DNA from: Chiloscyllium plagiosum
Taxonomy: Eukaryota
Direction: 5' to 3'
DNA: 64,000 bases
NCBI RefSeq assembly: GCF_004010195.1
Contig: NC_057752.1
Location: forward strand, 5,721,055-5,785,054
The position numbers and the translations under genes are program-made. How positions within the stretch are numbered: the first letter of the stretch is position 1; the number at the start of each line of letters is the position of its first letter. The notes beneath the pieces were generated by a model. It was not told the DNA's origin. It saw only the letters and a program-made list of their open reading frames with translations, and ran no database searches. This document shows, piece by piece, positions 48,641 through 62,319 of this stretch.

Positions 48641-51600
48641 TCATCATCATCATCATCCCCCAAAATAACATTTTAATTTTAATTTGTGGTTTGGACTTTT
48701 GTTACTGCGCCCCTTGGGAGCTGTCAGTGCTATCTTCTGTTTAATTTGGACGATCAGTTAGCATTTAATATAGTGGATCTCCAAGTCACTGGTACAAGCC
48801 TTGTGGCATTGGGGTAGTGTCCTTATATCTGGACCAGAAGGTCCCACCTGCCCTCAAGGTATGCTGCAACATGTCCAACAACTTGATTAAAAGTAACTTT
48901 TCTTTTAGAACTCCAAGTCAATGTCACAGAGGAGCTATCAGTCCCAGCAGCAGAGGTCCTGCAGTGCACTGGGTGACATCCTTGAAGAACAGTCACGCTA
49001 GCTTGCGCAATGCAACACAGGTTCTACTAGTGAAAAAGCAGAGTTGGCACAGTGCATTTCAAATGTCCTGGTTAACTATGACTTCTTTGCAAATATTAAT
49101 ATATTCATGCTATCTCATTTTACCCCCAAAATATTGAGTTTGTCCATTTCGTGCTTTTCCATGTCAAAACTAAACCTTAGTTCTCCATAAAATATAAATA
49201 TAATTCTGTTCAAAGTGTAATATATACGCACTAATCAATCTCAACACAGGCTGAAGAGGAAGATTTTTTTCACCAATGGACCAAGTGTCAGCACATTCTT
49301 TAAATGTATTTGAATAGAATCATTTTGAACAAGGTAATGAGTAAGTAACATGTTACATGACCAATAAAAGATGGACATGTCAGATGCATTTACCTTTAAC
49401 AGACCTAATACCCACATAGAGCATAGCAGGCAATAGTGAGGGAACAAAGCATCCAATTTGAAAGTGAATATGGACCAATGATAATATTCCAGTACATTGT
49501 CTTACACTGGCAGTATTCAATGCTTAATCACCAGTAAAGTGCATAATCTCTTCTTAATACAGAGGTGCATTGGCATTCTATATATAAAGATACAGAAATG
49601 TGTGCATAGAAAGGTGCTGATAATGCATACTATTCATTATTCCCCTATCATCAAGAGATCAACTAGATTATTGGGCAATCTCTGACTATTTAGTCAAAAC
49701 GTCTTTCCACGAGAACCTGGACATTCGTCCAGCATCAATACTTTCAGTGTTTAGCAGGGCCAGTGACTTTATCAATTCCATACCTGTGTTTAGTAACTGC
49801 CATGTCCTTTCACCTTCAGTACAGTTGCAATGCTGATTTAAGTTAAACTAAACAACTTTATTAAATGTTCATTTCAGCATTGTTCTAGAAATGGTGTAAA
49901 AGCATATCAATCACTGTTAATTCAAACCCTACTGTGCAAAACTGTATTTATATTCTGCGTAGCTGTGGTAGAACTCACTAAAAGTTAAAACAGTGAATCA
50001 TTCTATAACTTGATGACTTTTAAGGCAATCTGATTTATAGGGAACTGACCTAAACTGCAAACCTGTAAAGCTACTTTTGGGGTAGACTTTAAACCATGTC
50101 CCAGAGGTGAAAAGGCAGCGATCTCAGTAACTGTATTACTTAGTCTCTACTGAGAAACAAGATAACCCCAATCAGCCTGAACTGGATTCCAAGCTGAAAA
50201 ACACAAGTGACAGGGGTCTGTATTTACAAGCTGTATTAGAAAATTGGATAGGGCAGTCTCACCATTACTGTACCATAAATAAAAGATGTCAATGAATATG
50301 CACATTCATTATTCATTTCAGGTTGTGAACTGATGGTTTCCAAATTATATTTCCTTGATAGCTTTTCAGTTGATAAACCAGTTACTGTAAATGTTTATGC
50401 TGCTCCTTTAAATTAACTTCAAAGAAATGCAGATGGTGTAATTCTCCCCAGCTGATTTCCTTATCTCTCAGCTGCCTCTGCAATGCTAAATGAGAGAGTC
50501 AATGGTTATCACATCCAAACAAGAAAGTGAGGTTGAGGCCACAAACAGATCAACCATGATCTTTTTGAACAGGCTCTCGGGGCCAAATTGCCTACTTCTG
50601 CTTCTAAATCATAGGATTGCATGTTCACCCTCCAGGCAGTAAGCACACACATTAAAAACTACCCCAGTGTGCCAATTGTGTATCATTTTCAATCCTCATC
50701 ATTGCTCTTTTGTACTAGTAGAAGGACCTTCTTCAATCTTCTTGCTGAACTAATTTTCAACATAAATAGTCACAGAACCACTTATTCAGGCTTCAGGGTG
50801 TTGTTTTCATATCGGTACATGGCTGTTGACTATTAACATTGAGACTTCTTAATTCTAACATTAGATTAAGGTTGCCTGGAAACCACTTGCCACTGTCAAA
50901 GCCCTCCAAGGCTAAAACCAAAGAGGAAAAGGTGAACTGAAACAAAGCAAGCTCGAGTGTAGTGCTGGAATATTTGTGCTACATTCATATGTCACTTCTG
51001 TTTTTGTAGCTCTGTCACCTATTTAAATTAAGTTAGTAAACGCGAACTTGAAATTGTCATCACAGTGTGTGTCATTGAATATATTTAAAGCTGAGTTAGA
51101 CAGACTTTTGATTGACAAGGGAGTTAAGAGTTATTGGAGGTAAATAGGTTGCAATCAGATCAGCCTTGATCTTACTGAATGGCAGAGCAGGTTTCTAATG
51201 CTTATGTTTTTGTGCTTTGATCTGAAGATATCAGCAATAGTAATTTCTAGGTTGAGGGCTCATTGGTAATGTAATTACTGAACATCAAAGCATTTTGCCA
51301 AATTTCTGTTTGGTGAGAGATGACAAAAGGTAACATAATTTGTACAGTGGACTTTTTTTTGTTTATTGGAATGTACGTAAAAATCCTGCATCATTAGTTA
51401 AATGGAGCGTTGTCATGTAGCAACTTGTGTGAAATGCTAAAATTGCAGTAAAAAAAAACACCCTCAGGAAGTGACTTAACGTTTGGGTCATGTAATGTCC
51501 AATATGTAATTAAGATTTTACTTTTGCAAATGCTAAACAGAATTCTGGTGCACTACATGTTCACAATCCATGCCTTGAATATCTGTATCGTGCTAAATAG

Positions 51601-54399
51601 TTTAACTGTTTACCTGTTCAAATCCTGATGAAATATTTCAACAAAGTACACTTTCAATGAAGCAAATTCCAATTACAGGTATAGCAAACCTAGATAATCT
51701 TATTGCAAAATGCATAGTAGACCTGAATAGAAACAATTGAACGATAGATTGAAGTTGCTGATGGACCTGATATGTAGATTGAGACACAGAAAATTCATTG
51801 TCTCAGGTCAGTGCCCATGTCTGCAAAATGAGCCAACATAGAGAATTTATGATTCTCTAGAGTACTGAATACTGGTACAGTAATTTGATATAAATATTCG
51901 CAATGTTGGACTTTAAAAAGAGCCGATTGCCTGCACTGTGCTGAAGATATGTGTTTATCTGGAGCAATCTTTTGCTGTCAACTCTGAGTGTGTGGTTGTT
52001 AAGGTAGTTAACTCATGTGGGGGTCAGAATTCCTTTGGGCGCAACGTGTCGTAAAGTTTTGAGTGTGTTCGTGAAGATTTCCTTTATTCAGTCCCAACGA
52101 ATCACAAAAATATTTTTGGAGTTCATAACTTTAGAACATTAACACATATTCAGCCATGCAAATATTTTGGACATTTAATTGCAATCTTTTGGACTACAGA
52201 AAAAGTATATTTTAGAAAAGAACAAATAACATGCTTAAAACACGTGTTTTCAAATACATTTTCATGCATTCTCTTAAAACACGATCTTTTAGAACACATT
52301 TTGCAGAACACTGAACACATTATTTTACCACATACGTTTAAGAACCTGTAAACCTTTTTAGGACATGTGAACATTATTTTAGAACAAATCATTTTGAAAT
52401 ATTCATTTTTCACATGAGCAAAAGTGTTCTTTTAAGAGTGTGCCATTCCTTCCACATTATATTCGGCATTCACAGAAAGCGATCACAGAATGTAACATTT
52501 CAGTACTTAAGAATACAGTATTATGGTTTGAGACTAGTTTCTGTGGAAAGTACAGAAACATCTCTTAGAGAACTTGTTCTTTCAGCACATACATTTGCAT
52601 TTGCAATAATTGCCAGAGGGAATTTTTGAAATTTTAAAATGTTCTTGTACAATGGAATTTCACAGGAAATAGAGTTCCGATTACTGCGTATAACGGCAGC
52701 AGAACAAAAAGCCTAGATTCATTATATGTGCATTTATTATTCATTATAATAATACATTTATAATTTTACTGTAAATAGCAAGTCAAGAAAATATCTGTTT
52801 GCAATGGTACCAACACATAGCATTCATCCCTCTCTCACACTGTATGCAACATTTTTGAAACGTTAATTTGAATGTGTATGAACAGTTACATGTACTGATA
52901 GTTGGTCATGGTAAGTCAAGTGTAGTCTTCAGGTAAAATTTGGTTAGAGACTAGGGGTAACTGACCAGGAATTCCAGAAATAGTTAAATCTCCGTTTTAA
53001 AGTGATCAATCTACTTGATTTATATTTTCCCATTATAAGCTCCTATGACCTCATTTATAATGAAAACTGCCTGAATAAACTTGTCACGAATTAATTACAC
53101 CTTCCTATAAGTTGTTTATTGTCACACTTTTTCATTGAACAGTAGCATGAAGTAGTGGAAGAAATTTCAGGTAGATTAAATATCTGACAGGGTAGCATGG
53201 ACGTTGCTTTTGTATCTTTCCACTCTTCCCTTACAGAATTGTGTGAAGTAATGGGAAATATTCCCCGGCTGATTAACAATCTGACAGGCCTAACTTGAGT
53301 GCTTCTTCTGTGTCCTTGGCCCCATTTTGTTAAACCATGCCCGCCTCCACCTCACCCCCCCACCCCGAGAAAGCACTGCAGCACTACCACTGGCAGGAGG
53401 GTGTCATTACAGCTTGACCGGTTCAGATTGACAATTTCCACAACAAATCTTGACATTTAGGAGACTTAATTGAAAAAAAAGTTGGAAACGCAGAGTGATG
53501 ATCAAAAGTAGTTTTTAGATGTAGCAGAATTAGAGTATGTGTGTCATTGAACCAAGAGAGGCGAGTGTAATTCAGTTCCATTGTAAAATCATTCTTATTT
53601 TTGTACTTTATTATTAAATCCATTGTATACATCGACACTAGGATTATCAATATCCCATTCCCCCACCAATGATGCCACTGGAGTATATTTACTGATGGGG
53701 ATAGGAAGAGGGCACAGCTACAGTGACAAACATATAAGAGTAGCCTTCACTGCAAACATAGACAGAAGAATTTATATGAAAATCCTCAGTTACAACAATC
53801 ATAATTGCAATAGTGAGTTCAACTCGAAGTTACTTCATTGGCCGAAATAAGTGTTTAATATGTGTTAATCCAAATATTTGAGTGAGTTTGAATTTCTGAA
53901 TAGATATGCTTCTGTCTCGAAGTACATGTGCTTGTATTTATCAGTGGCACATGTTGAGGAACCAATTAGGGCCCTTAAAAGCGGGAGTGTATTATTTGCT
54001 ATTTAAATGGAAGGTCACACCTGGTCCAAACTTTCTGTCACTGGGTAGCAATATTCTCAACTATATAGTCAAGTCTCCTGTGTTTACAAAACAAATTCTG
54101 AAGTCCCACCGGTTGCCTAAGAGCATATTGATAATGATGCAGAGACCAACTGCCTCAGTGTAGTCGAACTGGATTGTTCTTTTGAATTAACACTGACACA
54201 TTAGCAAAGCAGAAGTGTCGTTTGCACCAGGATGTTTTTATTCAACATAAACATAATAAATGAAACACAAACCCTGAGAGTGTTAATTTTTTATTCACCT
54301 TTTACAAGATCACTTTTTTTTAAGCTAACTTTTTACATAGTTTTACATGATAGAAAAGGTTACAGGAGCCTTGTGTGGAACACAAATACCATCAACCTG

Positions 54400-54595
54400 T
54401 TGGAGCAGAATCAACAAAATAGACTATTTGTTCCTTATGCCATTGCTTGGTGTGGGGAGTGTGCCGTGTGCAAAGCTTGCTGCCATGTTTTCTACATCAC
54501 TACAGTGACTACACTTCAAAACGTGAGAGGCTGTCAAACACTTTGAGATGGCCAGAAAAAAAATGAAAGCTGCTATATAAATGCGAGTCTTCATT
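54400..54595 (+). mobile_element. Deu-domain SINE 3' half
   Basis: CTACATCACTACAGTGACTACACTTCAAAA and GCTATATAAATGCGAGTCTT tail. Confidence 0.65.
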
Positions 54596-54867
54596 TAATT
54601 GTTAGCATAACCATCTGTTGCATTTCCCCTCTCACGTACAAGACTAGCATATAAAACGTATCTCATTTCAATGGAATGTCATTCTTCATAGCAAGCGCAA
54701 AGTCAATTAATTGCTGCATAAGATCAATTTCTTGTACAGATCAAACTTCTGTCTCCTTCCAGTCAACCAGTTCAATGCGGTTTTTGTGTGTTGTTTCAAT
54801 GACAATGTTCATGAAATATATTGTTAAAGTCTTGTTTCTCTCTCTCCGCTATCGCCTTTAACTTCAG

Positions 54868-55329
54868 ATGATTAAGAATTACATGCGAACTGAGTGTAAA
54901 TGCCATGGCCTGTCCGGCTCCTGTGCTGTTAAGACTTGCTGGAAGAAAATGCCCCATTTCCGCGAGGTTGGCGACCGCCTATTGGACCGCTTCAATGGCG
55001 CCTTCAAGGTGATGGGCGGCAATGATGGGAAGACATTGATCCCAGTGGGGCACAACATCAAACAGCCAGATAAACAGGACCTGATTTACTCTGCCGAATC
55101 CCCCGATTTCTGCCTCCCCAACAGGCGCACTGGTTCTCCAGGGACGCGGGGCAGGGTGTGCAATGGCACAGCTATGGATGTCAGTGGCTGTGATCTCCTG
55201 TGCTGTGGCCGGGGGCACCGGGAGGAGACAGTGAGTTTCCAGGAAAACTGCCAATGTCGCTTCCATTGGTGCTGTGTGGTGCAGTGCAGACAATGCGCTG
55301 TCCGAAAAGAACTCAGCATCTGCATGTAG
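54868..55329 (+). CDS. wnt6: Wnt6 last coding exon (exon 4, 462 bp including stop)
   Basis: Acceptor acttcag. Encodes MIKNYMRTECKCHGLSGSC...GNDGKTLIP...CRFHWCCVVQC...ELSICM, then TAG. Total CDS 77+221+302+462 = 1062 nt = 353 aa. Confidence 0.97.
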   Translation: MIKNYMRTECKCHGLSGSCAVKTCWKKMPHFREVGDRLLDRFNGAFKVMGGNDGKTLIPVGHNIKQPDKQDLIYSAESPDFCLPNRRTGSPGTRGRVCNGTAMDVSGCDLLCCGRGHREETVSFQENCQCRFHWCCVVQCRQCAVRKELSICM

Positions 55330-55786
55330 CCAGAATGCTTCCCCATAAAACAGTATTCCTCGAACTTGCGTTAAACCGAAATTGCAAAGCAAACCATTTG
55401 TTATCCAAAGAGCAAGAATTTTGGATGGGATGAGGTGGAATATACTACTCATATCTGCGCTGCAAAGTCCCCAGGCAGGAATTCGGAGTGAGGGATAACG
55501 TATGAAAATTAGCGCACCTTGCTACTCTGAAAGATTGTAAAATGTCTTGAAAAGGAGCAATTTTGTAAGTGCTCAGACCACTCTTCAGATCAACAGTGTG
55601 ACCATTCAGCGATTTTGTGGAGTACACCCCATTGTGGGAGGGGATACGGGGCAGGAGGTGCATGTTGCCTGCAGCGTAGAAGCGCTATAAACAGTTAGAA
55701 GAAATATATCATTTCTGACTGAACACATATAGAGCTATTTTTGTATGTTTGTGAAAAGGTAGAGGGATTTTGCTCTGTGGGTCATT

Positions 55787-55986
55787 AATAAAACGCTGCC
55801 CAGATCAGTGTGTTAGGAGGTCAAGTTAATTAATCGTTGCAGCATTGGGCTCCCTAATGTTGGCCCAGTTCATGTTCAATAGCATGAGATGTGAAAATTG
55901 GTTATTTAAAAACGTTTGCTTCTCTGATCAAGTGGTTTATTTTTCATTTGCTGGATATCTGTGCAGGAAATATTCTGCATAATAAA
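55787..55986 (+). terminator. Candidate Wnt6 polyadenylation signals (AATAAA at 55787 and 55981)
   Basis: Two AATAAA hexamers 0.46 and 0.65 kb after the stop codon. The second is followed by a GT/T-rich stretch. Confidence 0.45.
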
Positions 55987-56802
55987 TGGAATGGAAAAGA
56001 TCTCAGTGTTTCGTTTTAGCCCCTGGGTGAGTGTGACTGGAGAATCTATGTGTCTGCGTGCCTGAGCCCTGAGAGAGTGAGGGTGATCAGGTGAATGTGT
56101 GATTTTGTGTGTGCGTACATGTGTATTGGGTGTCTATATGCATGTGTGTTTGTGTGTACGTCCATGTATGTGAATCAGCAAGTGCATATGATGTGGTTGT
56201 GTGCACTTGCATAGATTTGTACATTAATGCGTACATATTTATGCAAGTGTTTGTGTGTGTGTATATTTATACTGCACAGTGAAATCCAACAATTCTACTT
56301 TGTTAAAACCATGAAAAGAAAAGTTCAAAGTCGTGATGGGTTGGTAACCCGGTGACACCTTACGCTTGAGAGGCAATTGACTTTGGGGCTGGCCTTTAGC
56401 CTTTAGAATGAAGTCTGTCTGATGGGGCACCTTAGGCATATTTGAAGTATTAAGGTTAGAGATCGGTTTTCAATTATGATGGATGGCTCATTACTTTGGT
56501 ATGGTGGTCCTCAGCAGGTATTCCAGACTTAACAAGTACATACAGCTTTTTAGGATTAAGTATGAGAGCCTTTCAGAGTTCTGACATTCTGTGTTTCTGC
56601 TTTACCATCCCTGGGTCTGTAACTCCCTTCGCTTTAGCATTTGTAGAGGGATCGTATGCATGCAGATTTATTAATATGAGTGTATTTTTTTTTCCTCTTT
56701 TTGTGGGAGATGGGCATCACTGGCTAGACCATTCCTTAATGCCTACAATCACATTTCTTTGGGTCTGGAGTTATATGTTGGCTCGACCAGGTAAGAATGA
56801 TA

Positions 56803-59456
56803 TAAGACCATAAGACATAGGAGTGGAGGTAAGGCCATTCGGCCCATCGAGTCCACTTCGCCATTTAGTCATAGCTGATGGGCATTTCAACTCCACTTAC
56901 CCGCATTCTCCCTGTAGCCCTTAATTCCTTGTGACATCAAGAATTTATCAATTTCTGCCTTGAAGACATTTAGCATCCCGGCCTCCACTGCACTCCGCGG
57001 CAATGAATTCCACAGGCCCACCACTCTCTGGCTGAAGAAATGTCTCCGCATTTCTGTTCTGAATTGACCCCCTCTAATTTTAAGGCTGTGCCCACGGGTC
57101 CTAGTCTGCCCGCCTAACAGAAACAATTTCTTAGCACCCACCCTTTCCAAGCCATGTATTATCTTGTAAGTTTCTATTAGATCTCCCTAACCTTCTAAGC
57201 TCCAATGAGTACAATCCCAGGATCCTCAGCCGTTCCTCGTATGTTAGACCTACCATTCCAGGGATCATCTGTGTGAATCTCCGCTGGACACGCTCCAGTG
57301 CCAGTATGTCCCTCCTGAGGCGTGGGGCCCAAAACTGGACACAGTACTTCAAATGGGGCCTAACCAGAGCTTTATAAAGTCTCAGTAGCACATCGCTGCT
57401 TTTATATTCCAACCCTCTTGAGATAAATGACAACATTGCATTCGCTTTCTTAATCACGGATTCAACCTACATGTTTACCTTTAGAGAATCCTCGACTAGC
57501 ACGCCCAGATCCCTTTGTACTTTGGCTTTATGAATTTTCTCACCATTTAGAAAGTAGTCCATGCTTGTATTCTTTTTTCCAAAGTGCAAGACCTCGCACT
57601 TGCTCACATTGAACTTCATCAGCCATTTCCTGGACCACTCTCCCAAACTGTCTAGATCCTTCTGCAGCCTCCCCACTTCCTCAGTACTACCTGCCTGTCC
57701 ACCTATCTTCGTATCATCGGCAAACTATGCTAGAATGCCCCCAGTCCCTTCATCCAGATCATTAATATATAACGTGAACAGCTGCGGCCCCAACACTGAA
57801 CCCTGTGGGACACCACTTATCACCGGCTGCCATTCCGAAAAGAACCTCTTATCCCAACTCTCTGCCTTCTGTCAGACAGCCAATCCTCAATCCATGCCAG
57901 TAGCTCACCTCAAACATCATGGGCCCTCACCTTACTCAGCAGCCTCCCGTGTGGCACCTTATCAAAGGCCTTTTGGAAGTCTAGATAGACCACATCTACT
58001 GGGTTTCCCTGGTCTAACCTACTTATCACCTCTTCAAAGAATTCTAACAGGTTTGTCAGGCATGACCTCCACTTACTAAATCCATGTTGACTTGTTCTAA
58101 TCTGACCCTGCTCTTCCAAGAATTTAGAAACCTCATCCCTAACGATGGATTCTAGAATTTTACCAACAACTTAGGTTAGGCTAATTGGCCTATAATTTTC
58201 CATCTTTTGTCTTGATCCTTTCTTGAACAATGGGGTTACAACAGCGGTCTTTCAATCATCCGGGACTTTCCCTGACTCCAGTGACTTTTGAAAGATCTCA
58301 ACCAACGCCTCCACTATTTCCTCAGCCACCTCCCTCAGAACTCTAGGATGTAGCCCATCGGGGCCAGGAGATTTGTCAATTTTAAGACCTTTTAGCTTTT
58401 CTAGCATTTCTTTTGTAATGGCAACCATGCTCAACTCAGCCCCCGACTCCCTTTAATTGTTGGGATATTACTCATGTCTTCCACTGTGAAGACTGATGCA
58501 AAGTACTTATTAAGTTCTCCAGCTATTTCCTTATCTCCCATCACTAGGCTTCCAGCATCAGTTTGAAATGGCCCAATGTCTACTTGTGTCTGTCATTTGT
58601 TTCTTATGTATAGAGAGAAACTTTTACTATCATTTCTAATATTACTGGCTAGCCTACCTTCATATTTGATCCTCTCCTTCCTTATTTCTCTCTTTGTTAT
58701 CCTCTGTTTGTTTTTGTAGCCTTCCCAATCTTCTGATTTCCCAGTGTTCTTGGCCACTTTATAGGATCTCTCTTGTTCTTTGATACATTTCCTGACTTCC
58801 TTTGTAAGCCATGGCTGTCTAATCCCTCCCCGGATAATCTTTCTTTTCTTGGGGATGAACCTCTGTACTGTGTCCTCAATTATACCCACAAACTCCTGCC
58901 ATTTTTGCTCTACTGTCTTTCCTGCTAGGCTCTGCTTCCAGTCGACTTTCGTCAGTTCCTCTCTCATGCCCTCATAACTACCTTTGTTTAACTGTAACAC
59001 CATTACATCTGATTTTGCCTTCTCTCTTTCAAACCACAGACTGAACTCTACCATATTATGATTGCTGCTTCCTAAGTGTTCCCTTACTTTAAGATCTTTT
59101 ATAAAGTCTGGTTCATTACATAGCACTAGGTCCAAAATAGCCTGCTCCCTTGTGGGCTCCATGACAAGCTGTTCCAAAAAGCCATCCTGTAAGCATTCCA
59201 AGAATTCCCTTTCTTTGGATCCACTGACAACATTATTTACCCAGTCCACCTGCATATTGAAGTCCCCCATGATCACCGTGACCTTGCCTTTCTGACATGC
59301 CTTTTCTATTTCCCGGTACATGTTGCGCCTCTGGTACTGACCACTGTTAGGAGGTCTGTACATAACTCCCATTATGGTTTTTTTGCCTTTGTGGTTCCTC
59401 AATTCCACCCACACAGACTCCACATCATCCAACCCTATGTCATTCAGTGCCATAGA
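56803..59456 (-). mobile_element. CR1 LINE, 5'-truncated, relatively young (endonuclease C-half, RT, 3' UTR)
   Basis: 286-aa open stretch with YRPPN, IMGDFN, ILDLVL and SNHNMV, then DFQKAFDKVPH and LYKALVRPHL; (CATAAGAC)n tail; several stops and frameshifts. Confidence 0.95.
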
Positions 59457-61274
59457 TTTGTGGTGATATATTGGTGAAGCGGACTTTTTTTGTTAATGAC
59501 AAACAATGATCGTGTCACGGTCACCTTCACTGACTTTCAGTTCCAAGTTTATTAACAGATCTTAAATTCCTCTAGTTGTCTTGGTCCCACGTCGCTCTAG
59601 CCTAGACCTCCAGGCTATCAGTCCAATGATATTACCATTACGCTACCACCTTCCCATCAGATTTTAGTGTGTGGTAGTATATGTGCCCATTGTTTGAGAT
59701 AATTTCATCCATGTGAATACCTTTCTCTATCTACACCAACCCGTTAAGAACCATACTTGCTTTAAGAACTATTCCAAAAAAACATTAAAATGCCAAAGTG
59801 AAGCCCATTTAATCATTCATTATGGTTTATTTATTTGAGGGATTTTAAATTTGGAAAAACATGTTTGTTAGCATTGCCTCCTGCTTGTGTGTGATACAGG
59901 AATGAATTACTTGCTGATAACCAATGCTAAAACCTGTGCAAAAATGGACAGACCATGAGTCCTTTCTACAGTGCAATGGTTAAAAGGCTGTTACCAAGTT
60001 CTTCTCTCCTTTATTTTAATCGAAGCTTGAACATGTTTAAAATAATATGCTTCCACTTAAACAGTGGAGAAAGTAGCCTGACACAAGTATGTTAAACATT
60101 TGCATCATAACAAAAAACACTGTTAACAGTAACTTCGTTCGACAATGAACAGAATGGATCTTCTCTCGGTTTATTTTCGTCTGGGTATCTGCTACGTGCT
60201 ACAATTGCTGTGTTATAATTTGAGATCTACGTGCAGTTCAGTGTTATTTTTATTCAGGGGATCTGGGCACCGCTGGCTCGGTGGCCCTTCTCGAATTGTC
60301 CAGAGGGCAGTTAAAGTGTCAACCACATTGTTATTGATCTGAAGTCACATGTAGGCCAGACCAGGTTAAAAAAAATGCAAATTTCCTTCCCTAAAGGGTA
60401 TTAATAAATCAGACTTTAAAAAAACAATGATGACTATCAACAGAACAGCTTTTCAACTGCAGATTTTATTATGATGGTGGGATTTGGACCCATACACCCG
60501 CCTCTCCTCCCTCACGCCCCCTCCCCCGCCCCAAAAAAAACAAAAGCATTGGTCTGGGTTTCGGGATGATGACTTAGTGACACTAATATTACAGCACTAC
60601 CTTCCCCCACTTGCGATTCCAAAGCACGTCTGACAACACGCTGAACTCGGAGCAACAGCAGAATATTACAGAACTGAAATCATTTGCAAACGCGTTACCT
60701 TCACAACTTGTTGGCTCAGAGCTTATCCCGCTGATGGCTGTCAGTTGCTGGGGAATTTCCATCGTCTGCACCTGGGGGCAACCCAAGAAATTTACAAAAT
60801 AATACTGGTTGGAAATGGTTTCCACTGGGTGTGGAAGTGTGAGCCTCTTCAACGCTCAGTCTTAGAACTCTCAACACATAGAGCTGTATGGGATAGGTTA
60901 CGTGTATGTGGGAGATCTAAGGGAGGGGGTTTGGGGAGGTAAACTGGGGAAGCTGGACGGGGAGAGGATGAATGGGGGGGGGGGGGGGCAGTTAAGCGTA
61001 TACCGGAGACGAATAATGGGGTGTTGGGTATGTGGCTGTCTCTGCGGTGTTTATAGGCTGGTATGGCGTTTCATTGTATGTATAGGTCATGTGTTCGCAT
61101 CTGTGTAGAGAAGCCTGTGGAAGTGCATGGTGTGTATAAACTGATCCGTGTTCATCTGCAAGAACATCTTTCAAGTTAGTAAAAACCTATAAGCTCTTGT
61201 AGTTTCGCGACGGATTGGCCCCGCGTTCCACACTTCTCCCGAATGTTGCGTGGAAATTGGACAAGATGGATTAC

Positions 61275-61405
61275 AGGGAGAAAGTGAGGACTGCAGATGC
61301 TGAAGATCAGAGTCGAGAGTGTTGTGCTGGAAAAGCACAGCAGGTCAGGCACCATCCGAGGAGCAGGAGAGTCGATGTTTCGGGCATAAGCCCTTCATCA
61401 GGAAT
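61275..61405 (-). mobile_element. Penelope-derived short element with hammerhead-like motif
   Basis: Minus strand reads CTGATGA-A-GGGC-TTAT-GCCC-GAA-ACAT-C. Same family as the 3498 copy. Confidence 0.7.
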
Positions 61406-61409
61406 GAGG

Positions 61410-62075
61410 CTCACAGTGAAAAAGGCGTTTGGTATGCTTTTCTTTATTGGTCAGAGTATTGAGTACAGGAGTTGGGAGATCATATTGCGGCTCTATAGGA
61501 CATTGGTTAGGCCACGCCACTTTTGGAATATTGCGTGCAACTCTGGTTTCCTTCCTATCGGAAGGATGTTGTGAAACTTGAAAGAGTTCAGAAAAGATTT
61601 ACAAGAATGTTGCCAGGGTTGGAGGATCTGAGCTACAGGGAGAGATTGAACAGGCTGGGGCTGTTTTCCCTGGAGCGTCGGAGGCTGAGGGGTGACCTTA
61701 TAGAGGTTTATAAAATCATGAGGGGCATAGATAGGGTAAATAGACAAAGTATTTTCCCTGGGGGGGGGGGGGGGGGGCAGAACTAGAGGACATAGGTTTA
61801 GGGTGAGAGGGGAAAGATATAAAAGAGACCGAAGTGGCAACTTTTTCACACAGAGGGTGGTACGTGTATAGAATGAGCTGCCAGAGGAAGTGGTGCAGGC
61901 CGGTACAATTGCAACATTTAAAAGGCATTTGGATGGGTATATGAATAGGAAGGGTTTGGAGGGATATGGGCCGGGTGCTGGCAGTGGGACTAGATTGGGT
62001 TGGGATATCTGGTCGGCATGGACGGGTTGGACCGAAGGGTCTGTTTCCGTGCTGTACATCTCTAAGACTCGATTT
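61410..62075 (+). mobile_element. CR1 LINE 3' end
   Basis: EYCVQLWFPSYRKDVVKLERVQKRFTRMLPG...WMNRKGLEGYGPG-type C-terminus plus 3' UTR. Confidence 0.93.
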
Positions 62076-62319
62076 ACCCTCTCAACACCTCTGACACTTT
62101 TTGGTTTTCTATTTATTAAACATGCACCTTGCAAACATTCCAATGCAAACTAAAATTTGGTGCATGCTTTCACCTGCTGAATCTTCAATAAAGCGAGCTC
62201 AGAGATAACTGTCAAAAGCATTTTTAATTGGCACTGGGGAACAGGTGGAGTTGTGTCGGGGTGGCGCACTTAAGTAGGACAAACAAAGCAGGGGAGAACA
62301 TGATGAGCTGCAGGACCCT

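Noticed and set aside
35483..51290. Scattered TCF/LEF-like CTTTGAT motifs as Wnt autoregulation
   Set aside because: The handful seen is about what chance gives in AT-rich DNA, with no tight cluster.
58593..59453. 286-aa ORF as a host gene or active LINE
   Set aside because: Part of a 5'-truncated CR1 ORF2 with downstream stops and frameshifts.
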